Shown piece after piece: positions 33,363 through 45,528 of a DNA stretch of 64,000 bases. The notes under the pieces were generated by a model. That model worked only from the letters and a program-made list of their open reading frames with translations, ran no database searches and had not been told where the DNA came from. Every line of letters starts with the position of its first letter. The stretch's first letter is position 1. A program made the position numbers and the translations under genes. Origin of the DNA: an uncultured Actinomycetota bacterium (GTDB taxonomy: Bacteria > Actinomycetota > Actinomycetes > JAHEKZ01); assembly GCA_963743915.1 (NCBI GenBank), contig CAVURN010000005.1, forward strand, positions 1 to 64,000. Reading direction: 5' to 3'.

Positions 33363-33752
33363 TCAGGCGACCTCGGGAGCCGCCTGTGGCTCCGCGCGAC
33401 GGTGACGTGTGAACGTGGACCGGCCACGCGACAGGTCGTGACCGACCGAGGTGGCGATCACCTGGATCGACTGCCGCGGCCCCTGCTCGCTCTCCCATGT
33501 GGACACCCGCAGTCGGCCTCGCACGAGCACGGGGTCACCTTTGTGGATGGATGCGGCGACGTGGTCGGCAAGCGCCTTCCAGCACACCACGTCGAGCCAG
33601 ACGGTCTCGCGGTCGACCCACTCCCCTGTCGCGCGGTCGAGATACCGCTCAGCGGTCGCCATCCGGAAGCGTGCACGGTTGCTGCGCTCCCCCGCCGCGT
33701 GGCTGACATCGGTGCCCACCGTGCCGGCGACGGTCACGAAGATCTCGTTCAT
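33363..33752 (-). CDS. ssb: Single-stranded DNA-binding protein (SsbB-like, lacks acidic tail)
   Basis: [27 protein letters not shown]. Confidence 0.85.
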   Translation of the reverse strand: MNEIFVTVAGTVGTDVSHAAGERSNRARFRMATAERYLDRATGEWVDRETVWLDVVCWKALADHVAASIHKGDPVLVRGRLRVSTWESEQGPRQSIQVIATSVGHDLSRGRSTFTRHRRAEPQAAPEVA

Positions 33753-33886
33753 GGTGCCCTCCTGGAGGTCGGAAGCCCTCAGGGTGGTGCAGAGCAGGTG
33801 TCTGTCGCACCGACTGCCTTCGTCCTGTGGATAGCCATCGCCCAGTCCCAACTAGGGTGGGAGAGGTCGCCCAGAGGAGACTCCAC

Positions 33887-35293
33887 GTGCCAGGACCAGA
33901 GCCCCGGCCGCCCGACGCATGTGACGCGGTGGTCGTGTTCGGCGTCACCGGTGACCTGTCCTACAAGAAGATCTTTCCTGCGCTTCACAACCTGGCACGC
34001 CGCGGACGACTGAACGTGCCCGTCGTCGGGGTGGCCCGCGGCGACCGCACGGAGGACTGGCTGCGATCACACATCAGAAGCAGCATCGCCGAACACGCCG
34101 AGCAACCGGACGCTGCGGCCACCGACGAGCTCGAGAAGCAGCTGGTCTTCGTCGCCGGCGACTACCAGGACCCCAACACCTTCGAGCGACTGACGCGGGT
34201 CCTCGAGCACAGCCGGTGCCCGCTGTACTACCTCGCCATCCCACCCAGCCTGTTCGAGACGGTCGTCGGACAGCTCGCCACCGCCGGGCTTGCCGCCCGT
34301 GGGCGGGTGGTGGTGGAAAAACCCTTCGGGCGCGACCTGGCATCGATGCGCGAGCTCGACGAGGTTCTCCACACCGCCTTCGGTGAGAACGACGTCTTCC
34401 GGATCGACCACTACCTGGGCAAGGAGTCCGTCCAGAATCTCCTGTACTTCCGCTTCGCCAACTCGTTCCTCGAGCCGCTCTGGAACCGCGCCCACGTGTC
34501 GAGCATCCAGATCACGATGGCCGAGAGCTTCGGCGTGGAGGGTCGAGGCGCGCTGTACGAGGAGCTGGGCGCGGTGCGGGACGTGGTGCAGAACCACTTG
34601 CTGCAGGTGGTCTCGCTGCTGGCCATGGAACCGCCCGTCCGCAACGAACCGGGCCCGCTGCGCGACGAGCGCGTCAAGGTCTTGCACGCCATTCGCCCGC
34701 CCTCCCCTGCAGACCTGGTGCGCGGTCAGTACCTCGGCTACACCGATGAGGCTGGGGTGTCAGCGGGCTCGACCACCGAGACCTATGCGGCCCTGCGACT
34801 TCACATCGACTCGTGGCGGTGGAACGGGGTGCCCGTGCTGATCCGCGCAGGCAAACAGCTTCCCGTCACGGCCACCGAGGTCCTGGCGACGTTCCACCGT
34901 CCGCCCCAGCGACTGTTCGACGAGACCCTGCCACGCGACAGCAACCACCTGCGCTTCCGGCTCGGACCGGACCGGGTCTCGATCGCCCTGGGCGTCCGTA
35001 GCAAACGACCGGGCGAGGTACAGGTCGGTCGCAACGTGGAGCTCTACACCTGCGATGACGAGGTCGGCACCATGACCGCCTACGAGCGCCTCATCGACGA
35101 CGCCATGGACGGTGACCCCACGTTGTTCGCGCGCGCGGACGCCGTGGCGGCGTCCTGGCAGATCGTGGACAGCCTGCTGGACGGCGGCCTCGACAAGGCA
35201 CCGGAGCTTTACCGCCCCGGCACCTGGGGCCCGGCAGCGGGCGACGCACTCGCCGCCGATGTCGGGGGCTGGCACGAGCCGGGTCCTGAGTGA
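33887..35293 (+). CDS. zwf: Glucose-6-phosphate dehydrogenase
   Basis: [28 protein letters not shown]. Confidence 0.95.
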   Translation: MPGPEPRPPDACDAVVVFGVTGDLSYKKIFPALHNLARRGRLNVPVVGVARGDRTEDWLRSHIRSSIAEHAEQPDAAATDELEKQLVFVAGDYQDPNTFERLTRVLEHSRCPLYYLAIPPSLFETVVGQLATAGLAARGRVVVEKPFGRDLASMRELDEVLHTAFGENDVFRIDHYLGKESVQNLLYFRFANSFLEPLWNRAHVSSIQITMAESFGVEGRGALYEELGAVRDVVQNHLLQVVSLLAMEPPVRNEPGPLRDERVKVLHAIRPPSPADLVRGQYLGYTDEAGVSAGSTTETYAALRLHIDSWRWNGVPVLIRAGKQLPVTATEVLATFHRPPQRLFDETLPRDSNHLRFRLGPDRVSIALGVRSKRPGEVQVGRNVELYTCDDEVGTMTAYERLIDDAMDGDPTLFARADAVAASWQIVDSLLDGGLDKAPELYRPGTWGPAAGDALAADVGGWHEPGPE

Positions 35294-35306
35294 AGGTGGT
35301 GACTGT

Positions 35307-35924
35307 TCAGCCACGCGCTGTGCGCGAGTAGTGAGCACGCACCTTTGCGCGGTTCCCACAGGTGCGCATGTCGCACCAACGCCGGTTGCCTGCTCGACTC
35401 GTGTCGAGGAAAAGCCATCCGCAGCCACCGGCATCCACCGGGCACTGGCGCACCAGAGCCAGCTCCGGCTCAGTGAGCAGGTCCCAGGCGTCGATCGCGA
35501 CCGGCCAGAGCACCTGCGTCAGTGTGTCCGCCGGACGCCACTCCTCGCGCACGCCACCTCGTTCGTCCGGGCCAAGAACCCGGTGGCCGATGCTCTCGCC
35601 CAGGGCGTGGTTGAGCTTCGCCAGGTCCGAGCGCCGCACGTCCTCCTGCAGACGGGACGCCTGCACCAGGGCGAAGACAGCCTCACGCATGCCAACCGCC
35701 TGACGATGCGCCGCCCACGCCTCTTCCGGATGGAGACGCGCTCGACGGTGCAGCCACGAGAGGGAGCGTGGTAGCGCGACGTCTTCGAACTGGAACCAGT
35801 CCAGCACCGCGTCGTAGTCCGGCAGGTAATCGTGGCTCCCTCCGGGACGACGCGGGTCGACCGTGTTGGCGAAGTCCAGGCAGAGGCGTCCGCCGACGCG
35901 GACCGGGAACGCAGTTGAGCTCAC
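35307..35924 (-). CDS. ABATE/CGNR zinc-finger protein
   Basis: LCLDFANT, C..CGWLFLDTSR..RRWC..CGNRAK. Confidence 0.9.
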   Translation of the reverse strand: MSSTAFPVRVGGRLCLDFANTVDPRRPGGSHDYLPDYDAVLDWFQFEDVALPRSLSWLHRRARLHPEEAWAAHRQAVGMREAVFALVQASRLQEDVRRSDLAKLNHALGESIGHRVLGPDERGGVREEWRPADTLTQVLWPVAIDAWDLLTEPELALVRQCPVDAGGCGWLFLDTSRAGNRRWCDMRTCGNRAKVRAHYSRTARG

Positions 35925-36020
35925 GCGAAGATCCTAACCGGCCTAACCGGTATCAAGCTCAAGGTTGCGCCCTCGGGTCCGCTCCAGGGAGGCTGATGGA
36001 CCGTCGAGAGGACCGCTGAC

Positions 36021-36497
36021 ATGCCGAAGCGAAGCGCCGGACTACTGCCCTATCGCTGGCGTGGAGAGTGGCTTGAGGTGTTCCTCGTCCATCCGGGCGG
36101 CCCCTTCTGGGCATCGAAGGACGAGGGAGCCTGGTCGATCGCCAAAGGCGAGTACGACCCGGGCGAGGACCCTCTGACGGTCGCGCGCCGCGAGTTCGAG
36201 GAGGAAGTGGGTCAGCCGCCGCCGAGCGGCACCCCGACCCACCTCGGTGAAGTGAGACTCGCGAGCGGGAAGCTCGTGACCGCGTTTGCCGTCGCATCCG
36301 ACTTCGAGGTGGACCAGGTTCAGAGCAACACGTTCACCATGGAGTGGCCACCCCGGTCAGGACGAGTGGGCGAGTACCCCGAGGTCGACCGCGGCGAGTG
36401 GATGCGAATTGCAGAGGCCCGCGTCAAGCTCAACGCCGGGCAGGTGCCGTTGTTGGACCACCTCCAGGAGCAGCTGCGCCTCCTGGAGCGCAACTGA
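36021..36497 (+). CDS. NUDIX hydrolase
   Basis: HPGGPFW, KGEY..ARREFEEE. Confidence 0.9.
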   Translation: MPKRSAGLLPYRWRGEWLEVFLVHPGGPFWASKDEGAWSIAKGEYDPGEDPLTVARREFEEEVGQPPPSGTPTHLGEVRLASGKLVTAFAVASDFEVDQVQSNTFTMEWPPRSGRVGEYPEVDRGEWMRIAEARVKLNAGQVPLLDHLQEQLRLLERN

Positions 36498-36550
36498 CTC
36501 CCGCGTCGTCGACCGGAGGGGAGAAGACGTCACGTCGTCAGGGTGTCCAG

Positions 36551-37696
36551 TCAGGCGTCGACTGCAGACTCCTCGACGCTCGGGCGACGGATCAGGTGCA
36601 CGGCGGGACTCTTGAACAGCGCCGTCACCCGGGTACCGGGGACCAGCTCGAGATCGTCGCGGGAGGCCCGGGTGATGAAGGCATCCAGCGGGAACCCGGC
36701 GTCCAGCCCGACACGCACGAGCGGTCCCTCCGGTGAGACCGATGTGACCGCCGCTGGCAGGTGGTTGCGCACGCTGCTCGTCCTGCCGTGCAGCTCGTGA
36801 ATGTCGGCAGGCAGCTCGAGCGCGACGTCCTCGGGACGGATGCAGACGATCACCTCATCGCCGACACTCAGCCCGCCATCCTCGTCGCGGACGATGGCGC
36901 TGAGCTCATGGCCATCGACGCGCACGGTCGCGACGCCACGCGCGACCGCCACCACGCTGGCGAGCAGCGCGCTCTCGACGCCGACTGCTCGTGCCACGTC
37001 GGCGTCCACAGGATGGGCGAAGACATCCGCGACAGGTCCCACTTGGCGGACCGCGCCGTCCAGCAGCACAACGACGCGGTCGCCCAGGGCGAGCGCCTCA
37101 TCCCTGTCGTGCGTGACAACGAGAGTCGGCACAGCCTCGGTGAGCAGGATCCGGCGGAGCTCGGTGCGCAAGCGGGTGCGGGTCGGGAGGTCGAGCGCGG
37201 ACAGCGGCTCGTCCAGTAGCAGCAGGCGGGGTCGCGGTGCCAACGCCCGGGCCAGCGCCACCCGTTGCGCCTCGCCCCCGGAAAGCTGAGGGACCCTCCG
37301 GTTCACCAGGTGGGCGGAGTGAGCAGCAACAAGAGCCTCGTGAGCTCTCTCCTTCCGCTCGGACCGTGGCAAGGAGTGGAGCCCATACGTGACGTTGGCC
37401 ATGACGTCGAGATGCGGGAAGAGTGCGTGGTCCTGGAACAGCAGGCCCACCTTTCTGCGCCGTGCGGGGACGAACCTGCGGCGTCCGTCGTCCCAGAGGT
37501 CACCGGCCACCGTGACGTGGCCGCCGACCGTGCGATCGAGCCCCGCGAGCACGCGCAAGAGCGTCGTCTTGCCCGACCCTGAAGGTCCGAAGAGCACGGT
37601 GACCGGTGGGCCGGCCATGGGCAGGGACACGGCAGCATGCACGACATGGCGCCGCACGTCGAGGTCGAGTGTCGCCTCGTTCATGTCCGCCCCCAT
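36551..37696 (-). CDS. modC: Molybdate ABC transporter ATPase with TOBE domains
   Basis: GPSGSGKT, LSGGE, DEPLSALD, TOBE C-terminus. Confidence 0.9.
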   Translation of the reverse strand: MGADMNEATLDLDVRRHVVHAAVSLPMAGPPVTVLFGPSGSGKTTLLRVLAGLDRTVGGHVTVAGDLWDDGRRRFVPARRRKVGLLFQDHALFPHLDVMANVTYGLHSLPRSERKERAHEALVAAHSAHLVNRRVPQLSGGEAQRVALARALAPRPRLLLLDEPLSALDLPTRTRLRTELRRILLTEAVPTLVVTHDRDEALALGDRVVVLLDGAVRQVGPVADVFAHPVDADVARAVGVESALLASVVAVARGVATVRVDGHELSAIVRDEDGGLSVGDEVIVCIRPEDVALELPADIHELHGRTSSVRNHLPAAVTSVSPEGPLVRVGLDAGFPLDAFITRASRDDLELVPGTRVTALFKSPAVHLIRRPSVEESAVDA

Positions 37697-38355
37697 ACCG
37701 CCGGACTGCGCCTCTGCAGGACGTAGGTCGCCGTGAGTACCACGAAGGAGAAGAGGAGGAGCGCCAGACTCGTTCTCCCGGCGGTGGCGTAGTCGAAGGA
37801 CTGCACCGAGTCGTAGACCGAGATCGACAGCGTGCGAGTCTCACCAGGGATGTTGCCGCCGACCATGAGCACCACGCCGAACTCGCCCACGGTGTGCGCG
37901 AAGGTGAGCACCGCCGCAGTGGCCAGGCCGGCCCTCGACAGCGGGAGCGCGATCCGCAGCAGGGTGACCACAGAGCCCCGACCGAGCACCGCAGAGGCCT
38001 CGAGCAACCGTCGGTCGAGCTGGGCGAACGCCGCCAACAGAGGCTGCACGGCGAAGGGCAGGCTGTAGAGGACCGAGGCGATGACCAGCCCACGGAAAGT
38101 GAACGCGAGGGTGGTGCCGGTGAGGTCCTGCCACCAGCGACCGATCGGGGACTGGGCACCGAGGGCGACCAGCAGGTAGTAGCCGAGCACGGTGGGCGGC
38201 AGGACAAGGGGAAGCGCGACGACCGCCTCGACGAGGACCGGCCACCGACGGCGTGTGAAGGCGAGCCAGCCCGCGAGGGGGACCGCGATGGCCAGCAGGA
38301 TGACGGTGGTCACGACGCTGAGCCGGACGGTCAGGCCCACCGCCTCCCAGTCCAC
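37681..38355 (-). CDS. modB: Molybdate ABC permease
   Basis: LPLVLPPTVLGYYL, FAHTVGEFG. Confidence 0.95.
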   Translation of the reverse strand: MDWEAVGLTVRLSVVTTVILLAIAVPLAGWLAFTRRRWPVLVEAVVALPLVLPPTVLGYYLLVALGAQSPIGRWWQDLTGTTLAFTFRGLVIASVLYSLPFAVQPLLAAFAQLDRRLLEASAVLGRGSVVTLLRIALPLSRAGLATAAVLTFAHTVGEFGVVLMVGGNIPGETRTLSISVYDSVQSFDYATAGRTSLALLLFSFVVLTATYVLQRRSPAVWGRT

Positions 38356-38358
38356 CGC

Positions 38359-39171
38359 TCAGCCGCCCTTCGGCAGGGAGAACCCGTACCTCTGCAGGAT
38401 CTCCCGGCCCTCCGCGCCGAGGATCACGTCGCGTACGTTGCGAGCTGCGTCCGGGTCACCAGCGGCCGCGAGCACCACACCGCCCTGATCGAGCCGCGCG
38501 AACGAGTCGAGCGGGACGCGGGCCCACGCGCCCTCGTCGGCAACCCCTGGCGCCAACACCAGCGACAGCGCCACCACGCCGGCATCGGCGTTGCCGGAGA
38601 GCACGAACTCCGCCGCCTGTGCCACGTTCTCGCCGAGCACCAGCTTCGGTTGTACGTCCCCGTACACCGCGAAGTGCTTCATCGCTTCCACGGCCGCCAC
38701 CCCGTAGGGGGCATGCTCGGGATTGGCGATCGCCACCGTGCTGATGGACGGGTCTGCCAACGCGGAGAGGTCGCCGGTGGGCCGGGGGCCCTCGCCATCG
38801 GACACCCACTCGACAAGACGCCCGACCGCGTACGGAAAGAGGTCCTGCTCGACCGCGAGGCCACGGTCGACGAGGTCGCGCGGGTACTGCAGGTCCGCCG
38901 ACAGGTAGAGGTCGAACGGCGCGCCGTTGACGATCTGCTGAAGGAACGTTCCGGAGGAGCCGTACGTCGTCGTGACCTCGACGTCCGGGTACTCCTTGCG
39001 GACGAGATCGATGATCTCCTCGAGGGCGAACTGCAGGTCTGACGCCGCGGCGATGCGGACCACGCCGTTGCCACCCGAGGTCGTCGCTGCCCTCTCCGGC
39101 GACGGGTCCGAGCACGCGCCGAGCGCGAGGCCCAGTCCGACGAGGACAACGATCAGCCGAGAGGGCGTCAC
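38359..39171 (-). CDS. modA: Molybdate-binding lipoprotein
   Basis: Lipobox LGAC, AAASDL, GSSG, ANPEHAPYG, GENV. Confidence 0.95.
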   Translation of the reverse strand: MTPSRLIVVLVGLGLALGACSDPSPERAATTSGGNGVVRIAAASDLQFALEEIIDLVRKEYPDVEVTTTYGSSGTFLQQIVNGAPFDLYLSADLQYPRDLVDRGLAVEQDLFPYAVGRLVEWVSDGEGPRPTGDLSALADPSISTVAIANPEHAPYGVAAVEAMKHFAVYGDVQPKLVLGENVAQAAEFVLSGNADAGVVALSLVLAPGVADEGAWARVPLDSFARLDQGGVVLAAAGDPDAARNVRDVILGAEGREILQRYGFSLPKGG

Positions 39172-39566
39172 TGCGCAACCACATCGACCGCCTCGACGAT
39201 GACGGTCGTCGCCTTCACCACCGCCGCCGCCAGGGTGCCCGGCTCCAGGCCCAGCTCGTCGGCCGCCTCACGGGACATGAGGGACACAAGGCGGAACGGG
39301 CCCGCCTGGATCTCCACCTGTGCCATGACACCGTCGCGCTGGACGTCGGTGACGATCCCCTCGAGGCGATTGCGTGCAGAGGACTCGTGCGAGCTCTCCT
39401 GCGGCCACTGGTTGCGCGCAAAGTGGGCGACGTCGACCCCTGGGACGACCGTCCGACCCGCGTCGTCCCGGCCGCTGCCGAGCTTGCCCTGGTCGATCCA
39501 CCGCCGCACCGTGTCGTCGCTGACCCGAAGCAGGGCGGCCACCTCACTGACCCGCAAGTTCGTCAT
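39168..39566 (-). CDS. HTH (excisionase/MerR-like)-TOBE molybdate regulator
   Basis: VSDDTVRRW; SSARN TOBE motif. Confidence 0.88.
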   Translation of the reverse strand: MTNLRVSEVAALLRVSDDTVRRWIDQGKLGSGRDDAGRTVVPGVDVAHFARNQWPQESSHESSARNRLEGIVTDVQRDGVMAQVEIQAGPFRLVSLMSREAADELGLEPGTLAAAVVKATTVIVEAVDVVAQ

Positions 39567-39629
39567 GAATCGGCACTCTATACCGATTCTGCGGATCCCT
39601 TCGCGATTTTCCTCCGCACTCGCCGTACC

Positions 39630-40391
39630 TTAGGGCCGCGCGCCTGAGGGGGAATCCTGCTCGCTGAGGTCGACCATGGTCGGCGCGTCGTGCAGTGACC
39701 GGCCCTGCTGATGACGCTGCACCTCGCGACGTACGTTGGCCGACTCACGCTCGATGGTGCCCAGCCAGCGCTCCCACACCTGCTGCATCGGACGGACGAG
39801 CCCACCGCCGATCCCGACGATGAGGATGCCCGCAACGGTGGCCAGCACCGCGACGAGGACGGGTGTCGTGATGGTCGCCGCGACACCGATCTGGTCCAGA
39901 GCGGCGATGATCCCGAGCCCCAGGATGAAGACCGCAGCGATGTTGGCCAGCACGCGGCCGTACGACAGTCCCCCGAGCACCCCCGTGACGATCTCTCGCA
40001 CTGCACTGGCGATCGCGGCCGCGACGACCACGATGACGATGGCGACGATCGCCTGTGGAAGCCAGGCGATGATGCTGGCCAGAAGCTCACTCACCGCGTT
40101 GGGGCCGAAGACACCGAAGGCCATCTGCAGGGCTAGCAGCAGCACGGCGACGTAGACGATCTTGGCCACCAGGTCGCTGGCGTCGTACCGCGAGGACTCC
40201 AGAGCACGTCCGACACCGCCCCGTTCGACGGCTCGGTCGAAACCGACCCGCTCCAGGACCACGTCGGTCGCCTTGCTCAGAACCTTGGCCAGCAGCCATC
40301 CGATCAGCAAGATGATCAGGAAGGCGGCCAGCTTCGGAAGGAAGGTGGCCACGCTGTTCCAGGCGTTCGTCCAGCCTGTCTCGAAGTCCAT
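39630..40391 (-). CDS. CmpX-like conserved TM-helix protein (MscS-TM-like)
   Basis: FLPKLAAFLIILLIGW, WLPQAIVA repeats. Confidence 0.75.
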   Translation of the reverse strand: MDFETGWTNAWNSVATFLPKLAAFLIILLIGWLLAKVLSKATDVVLERVGFDRAVERGGVGRALESSRYDASDLVAKIVYVAVLLLALQMAFGVFGPNAVSELLASIIAWLPQAIVAIVIVVVAAAIASAVREIVTGVLGGLSYGRVLANIAAVFILGLGIIAALDQIGVAATITTPVLVAVLATVAGILIVGIGGGLVRPMQQVWERWLGTIERESANVRREVQRHQQGRSLHDAPTMVDLSEQDSPSGARP

Positions 40392-40590
40392 CGTCGCTCC
40401 TCGCGCGTCTCGGGCCCCGCGGGTGCAGCGGCCAAGTCCTCCCGTCGTTCCCCCTGACGGCCGGACCAAACCCGTGGCTCCTCCAGCCGGTTCCTGGGGC
40501 CTTTGGCACTGACGGTTCACGCCCAGGCGTGATGGGCTACCCGTAGGCGTCTGAGTGCCGACAATCTGAGGCTTCGAAGGAAGTGGTCTC

Positions 40591-41517
<927 letters not shown>

Positions 41518-41524
41518 CGGCTCG

Positions 41525-43155
41525 ATGAGCGGTTTCGTCGGAACGATGCGGCTGATCCGCCTGGCACTTCGGCGTGACCGCATCACCCTTCCGGCGTGGA
41601 TCCTCGGAATGTCCGCCTTTCTGGCCGCGACGACGGCGATGTTCGAGGACAGCTACGGAGAGCAACCCGATGCTCCTGGAGCCGGACACCCGGATCGTCG
41701 TGGAGAACCCCGGCATGCGGGTCCTCGGACTGGTGACAGGCCAGTCGGTCGGCGGCTACACCCTGCACCGTGACGCGCTGACCCTGGCCGTGCTTGCCGC
41801 ACTGATGAGCATCCTCGCCGTCGTCCGGCACACCCGGCAGGCCGAGGAGCTCGGACGTGCGGAGATGCTCGGAGCCGGTGTGGTCGGTCGCTACGCATCG
41901 CTGGCCGCGGCTGTCGATCGTCGCGCTCGCGGCGAACGTGGTGCTGGCGCTCATGCTCGGGCTTGCGATGGTCGTCGCGGGACAGCCGGTCGCGGGGTCT
42001 CTGGTTGCAGGTGCGTCGATCGCACTCGTGGGCGTCGCCTTCACCGGCGTGGCGGCGGTGACGTCGCAGCTGGCTTCCACCACTCGCGGAGCCAGCGGTC
42101 TCGCCGGGGCGGCTCTCGGCCTCTCGTTCATGCTGGCGGCGCTGGGGAACATGCTGGGCACGGTCGACTCCGTCGCCCTGCGGGTCACCAGCGCCTGGCC
42201 GGCGTGGCTGTCCCCGATCGGCTGGGGACAGCAGATGCGACCCTTCGCCGACAACCTGTGGTGGCCCCTCGGTCTCTCCCTGCTTCGGCACTGCCTCGCT
42301 GTTCTGGCCTGGCAGTCGTCCTCGTGGGAAGGCGGGACGTCGGGCGGGGGATGTGGCCGGAGCGCGTGGGAGCCGCACACGCAAGCCCCGCGCTGTTGAG
42401 CCCGACCGGTCTCGTCTGGAGGCTCCAGCGCGGCGCCCTGACCGGTTGGGCGGTCGGGCTGCTGGGCTTCGGCCTGGTCTTCGGGGCCCTGAGCGACCAG
42501 ATCGGTGGTCTCAAGGGAGCCGCAACGGACTGGTACGCCACCTTCGGCGGCGAGGCAGACCTGATCGGCGCCTACTGGGCCTCGATGATGCAGCTCGCCG
42601 GAATGGCGGTGGCGGCCTACGTGGTGACGCTCCTGCTCCGCATGCACCACGACGAGGCGCAGGGCACCCTGGAGCCGGTGCTCGGCACCGCGGTCTCCCG
42701 GACTCGCTGGCTGGGGGCGTACGCCATGAATGCCCTCGTCGGGCTCGCTGTTGCTGCTCATGGTCTTCGCCGTGTCGATGGCCGTCGTCGGCGGACAGGT
42801 TCTCGGTGACACGCCGACGCTGCTGCGCGACCTCATCGGAGCCGCACTGGTCCAGCTCCCCGCCATCGCCGTCCTCGGTGGCGCTGTCGTGGCAGCGATC
42901 ATGTTCCTGCCCCGGTGGTCGGTCGGGTTGTCCTGGGCGCTGGTCGTGCTGTCGATCTTCGTGGGTCCGATGTTCGGCCCTTCGCTCCAGCTGCCCGCGT
43001 GGCTGCTGGACCTGTCGCCCTTCACCCACGTGCCCAACGCACCGGCCGTCGCGGTGACCGTGGCACCGATCCTCGGTCTTGCGCTGGCGTCCGCACTGCT
43101 TGCCGCTGCAGGAGTCATCTCGCTTCGCCGACGCGACCTCGCTCTGCCAGCCTGA
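41525..43155 (+). CDS. ABC-2 exporter permease, TnrB3-like (several frameshifts)
   Basis: [40 protein letters not shown]. Confidence 0.8.
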
Positions 43156-43229
43156 AGGGCACCATCCCGCCAAGCGTGTCCCTGGGAAGAAGGTGAAGTG
43201 ACGAATCCGTAGCCAGGGACAGCGGCCAG

Positions 43230-44972
43230 GTGGAGGATGAGACGCAACCGTGGCTGAGCCTGCCTTGGACCGGGAGTGAGGAGTCGGCCTTGAACCGTGC
43301 CTCAGCGACCATGGTCTCGCAACTGCCGTCGGGTCACTCACGTCGACGACCATCGGGTGCGCCACCTCCGCTTCCCCATCCCCTGGAGCGCTCCGGGAAG
43401 CTCGCGCTTGCCCTGTTGGTCGCCATCTCGGCCGTCTGGGGGGTCGCACTCCTGATCGACCCTATTGAGCGCGCGGCGCTTGGCTTCGAGGGTTCGCTGA
43501 TGGTCTGGGTGGCAGATCATCGATGGGGGCCGCTCACTGCCGTCGTCGATCCCACGTACGACCTTCTCTACACGTGGGCGGTCCCCGCTATCGGGTTCAG
43601 CTCGCTGTTCGTCATCGCCTTCGCCATCCGTCGTATCCGCTTCGGCGTCGCGTTCGTGTTGGCACTGGTCCTCGTCGTCATGTTCGTCTCCCAAGCCCAG
43701 CAGTTCGCGGTGCGTCCCCGCCCCTACGGGATCGAGATTCTCGCGCGGTGGGAGGGGTTCTCCCACCCGCTGCGCAGCGCAGCCATGCTGACGGCGGTCT
43801 GTGTCGCCGCTGTGCTGCTTCTCGCGCCTGTGGGAGAACTGCGACGCCGTGCGACGTATGCGGCCGGAGCCCTCATCGGGTACACGGGACTGTCCGCCGT
43901 GTACCTCGGTTCAGCCCACCCCAGTGATGTCTTCATGGCCGTCGTCATCGCCACCACGATCACGATCCTCGTCGTACGACTCGTGGCACCACCGACCGTC
44001 TTCCCTGTGGTCTACCGGCGAGGAAACGCTGCTCACCTCGACATCACCGGCAACCGAGGGTTGGCCATACGCCGCGGGATCGAGGACCAGCTCGGCTACC
44101 GGGTTCTCGACGTCGAGCCTGTCGGCCTGGCAGGTTCAGCCGGATCGACTCCGCTGAAACTCGAGGTACTCACGACCGACGGAGCCAGCCGAACACTCTT
44201 CGCCAAGCTGTACGAGACCACCCACCTTCGATCTGACCGTTGGTACAAGGTCGGCCGGACCCTGATGTACGGCCAGCTCGAAGATGAACGCAAGTTCGGT
44301 TCTGTCCGGAGACTGGTACAGGCCGAGGACTACCTCGCGTACAAGGTCACTCAGGCAGGCATCCGCACACCGCAGTGTCACGGAATCGTCGAGCTGACGC
44401 CGGAGCGTGAGTACGTCCTGGTCTTCGACTTCCTGGACGGGGCGGTCGAGATGGGTCAAGCGCAGGTCACTGGCGAGCTCATCGACCGCGGCATTCGAAT
44501 CGTGCGTTCACTCTGGGACTACGGCCTGGCGCATCGCGACATCAAACCGGCAAACCTCATGGTCACGGCCGACGGCGATGTCGCCTTGATCGATGTGGCG
44601 TTCGCCCAGGTTCGACCGTCGCCTTGGCGGCAAGCCGTCGACCTGGCCAACATGATGCTCGTGCTGGCACTGCGCAGCGACGCCAGGACGGTCTACCAGC
44701 GAGCGCTCCTGCAGTTCACGGCGGACGACATCGCAGAGGCATTTGCCGCATCGAGGGGCATCACATTGCCTTCACAGGTGCGACGAGAGCTGAAGACAGA
44801 CTCGCGGGACCTGCTGGCGGAGTTTCGGGCCATGGGGCCAGCTCGCAAGCGCGTGGCGATCCAACGGTGGAGTGTTCAACGAGTCCTGTTCACCGCATGG
44901 GTCCTGTTCGTGACCGGGATCGTTGTCGGTCTGAGCTGGGAGTTCCTCCGCATGACCGGGATCGCGCCATGA
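43230..44972 (+). CDS. Membrane protein: degenerate PAP2 domain fused to a kinase-like domain
   Basis: RPRP and YLGSAHPSDV PAP2-like segment; FAKLY, HRDIKPAN, LIDVAF kinase motifs; start uncertain. Confidence 0.78.
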   Translation: MEDETQPWLSLPWTGSEESALNRASATMVSQLPSGHSRRRPSGAPPPLPHPLERSGKLALALLVAISAVWGVALLIDPIERAALGFEGSLMVWVADHRWGPLTAVVDPTYDLLYTWAVPAIGFSSLFVIAFAIRRIRFGVAFVLALVLVVMFVSQAQQFAVRPRPYGIEILARWEGFSHPLRSAAMLTAVCVAAVLLLAPVGELRRRATYAAGALIGYTGLSAVYLGSAHPSDVFMAVVIATTITILVVRLVAPPTVFPVVYRRGNAAHLDITGNRGLAIRRGIEDQLGYRVLDVEPVGLAGSAGSTPLKLEVLTTDGASRTLFAKLYETTHLRSDRWYKVGRTLMYGQLEDERKFGSVRRLVQAEDYLAYKVTQAGIRTPQCHGIVELTPEREYVLVFDFLDGAVEMGQAQVTGELIDRGIRIVRSLWDYGLAHRDIKPANLMVTADGDVALIDVAFAQVRPSPWRQAVDLANMMLVLALRSDARTVYQRALLQFTADDIAEAFAASRGITLPSQVRRELKTDSRDLLAEFRAMGPARKRVAIQRWSVQRVLFTAWVLFVTGIVVGLSWEFLRMTGIAP

Positions 44973-45523
44973 GGTTCTCGTCAGGGGTCGCGTTGTCGGC
45001 GGTCCTGGCCATCGCCCTCACCGGCTGCAGTGCCGAGCCGCCGAGCCCCGACCTCAAGTGCGCCTCCCGTCCAGCCCAGGTGCTTGCGGCGCAGTCCGTG
45101 CCCCAGGCGGAGTACGTGCCGTGCATCTCGGACATTCAAGCGCCGTGGATGCTGATGTCCACGGACTCTGACCAGGACCGCACGCAGGTCGTGATGCAGT
45201 GGTCGAGCTCCGGCAATGCTGCCGAACGCGCACTGGTCACCCTGCAGGCCACCTGTTCCCCGGGGGAGAGCTCAGTGACCACCACTGGGATGCCCCCCGA
45301 TGTGGGTGTCACCCGCACCGTCAGTGGACGCACCGTGACCACGGTCTACTCCTTCGAGGGCGGCTGTGTGCTCGTGGACCTGACGGGGGGTCGTCAGGAT
45401 GAGGTCGAGCCGCTCACCTCCGATGACTTCACCATCAGGTTCGTCTCGCGCGAAATCCTCGATCAGTACGTGCTCGGGCAGACCAATGATCGGGTGGGAC
45501 TGGATCCGGGAGAGGAGTCGTAG
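44969..45523 (+). CDS. Lipoprotein of unknown function
   Basis: Lipobox LTGC; ATGA overlap with upstream gene. Confidence 0.75.
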   Translation: MRFSSGVALSAVLAIALTGCSAEPPSPDLKCASRPAQVLAAQSVPQAEYVPCISDIQAPWMLMSTDSDQDRTQVVMQWSSSGNAAERALVTLQATCSPGESSVTTTGMPPDVGVTRTVSGRTVTTVYSFEGGCVLVDLTGGRQDEVEPLTSDDFTIRFVSREILDQYVLGQTNDRVGLDPGEES

Positions 45524-45528
45524 CAGCC

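Noticed and set aside
35933-35967. CCTAACCGG doublet as an operator of the CGNR gene
   Set aside because: Short, single occurrence with no second site for support.
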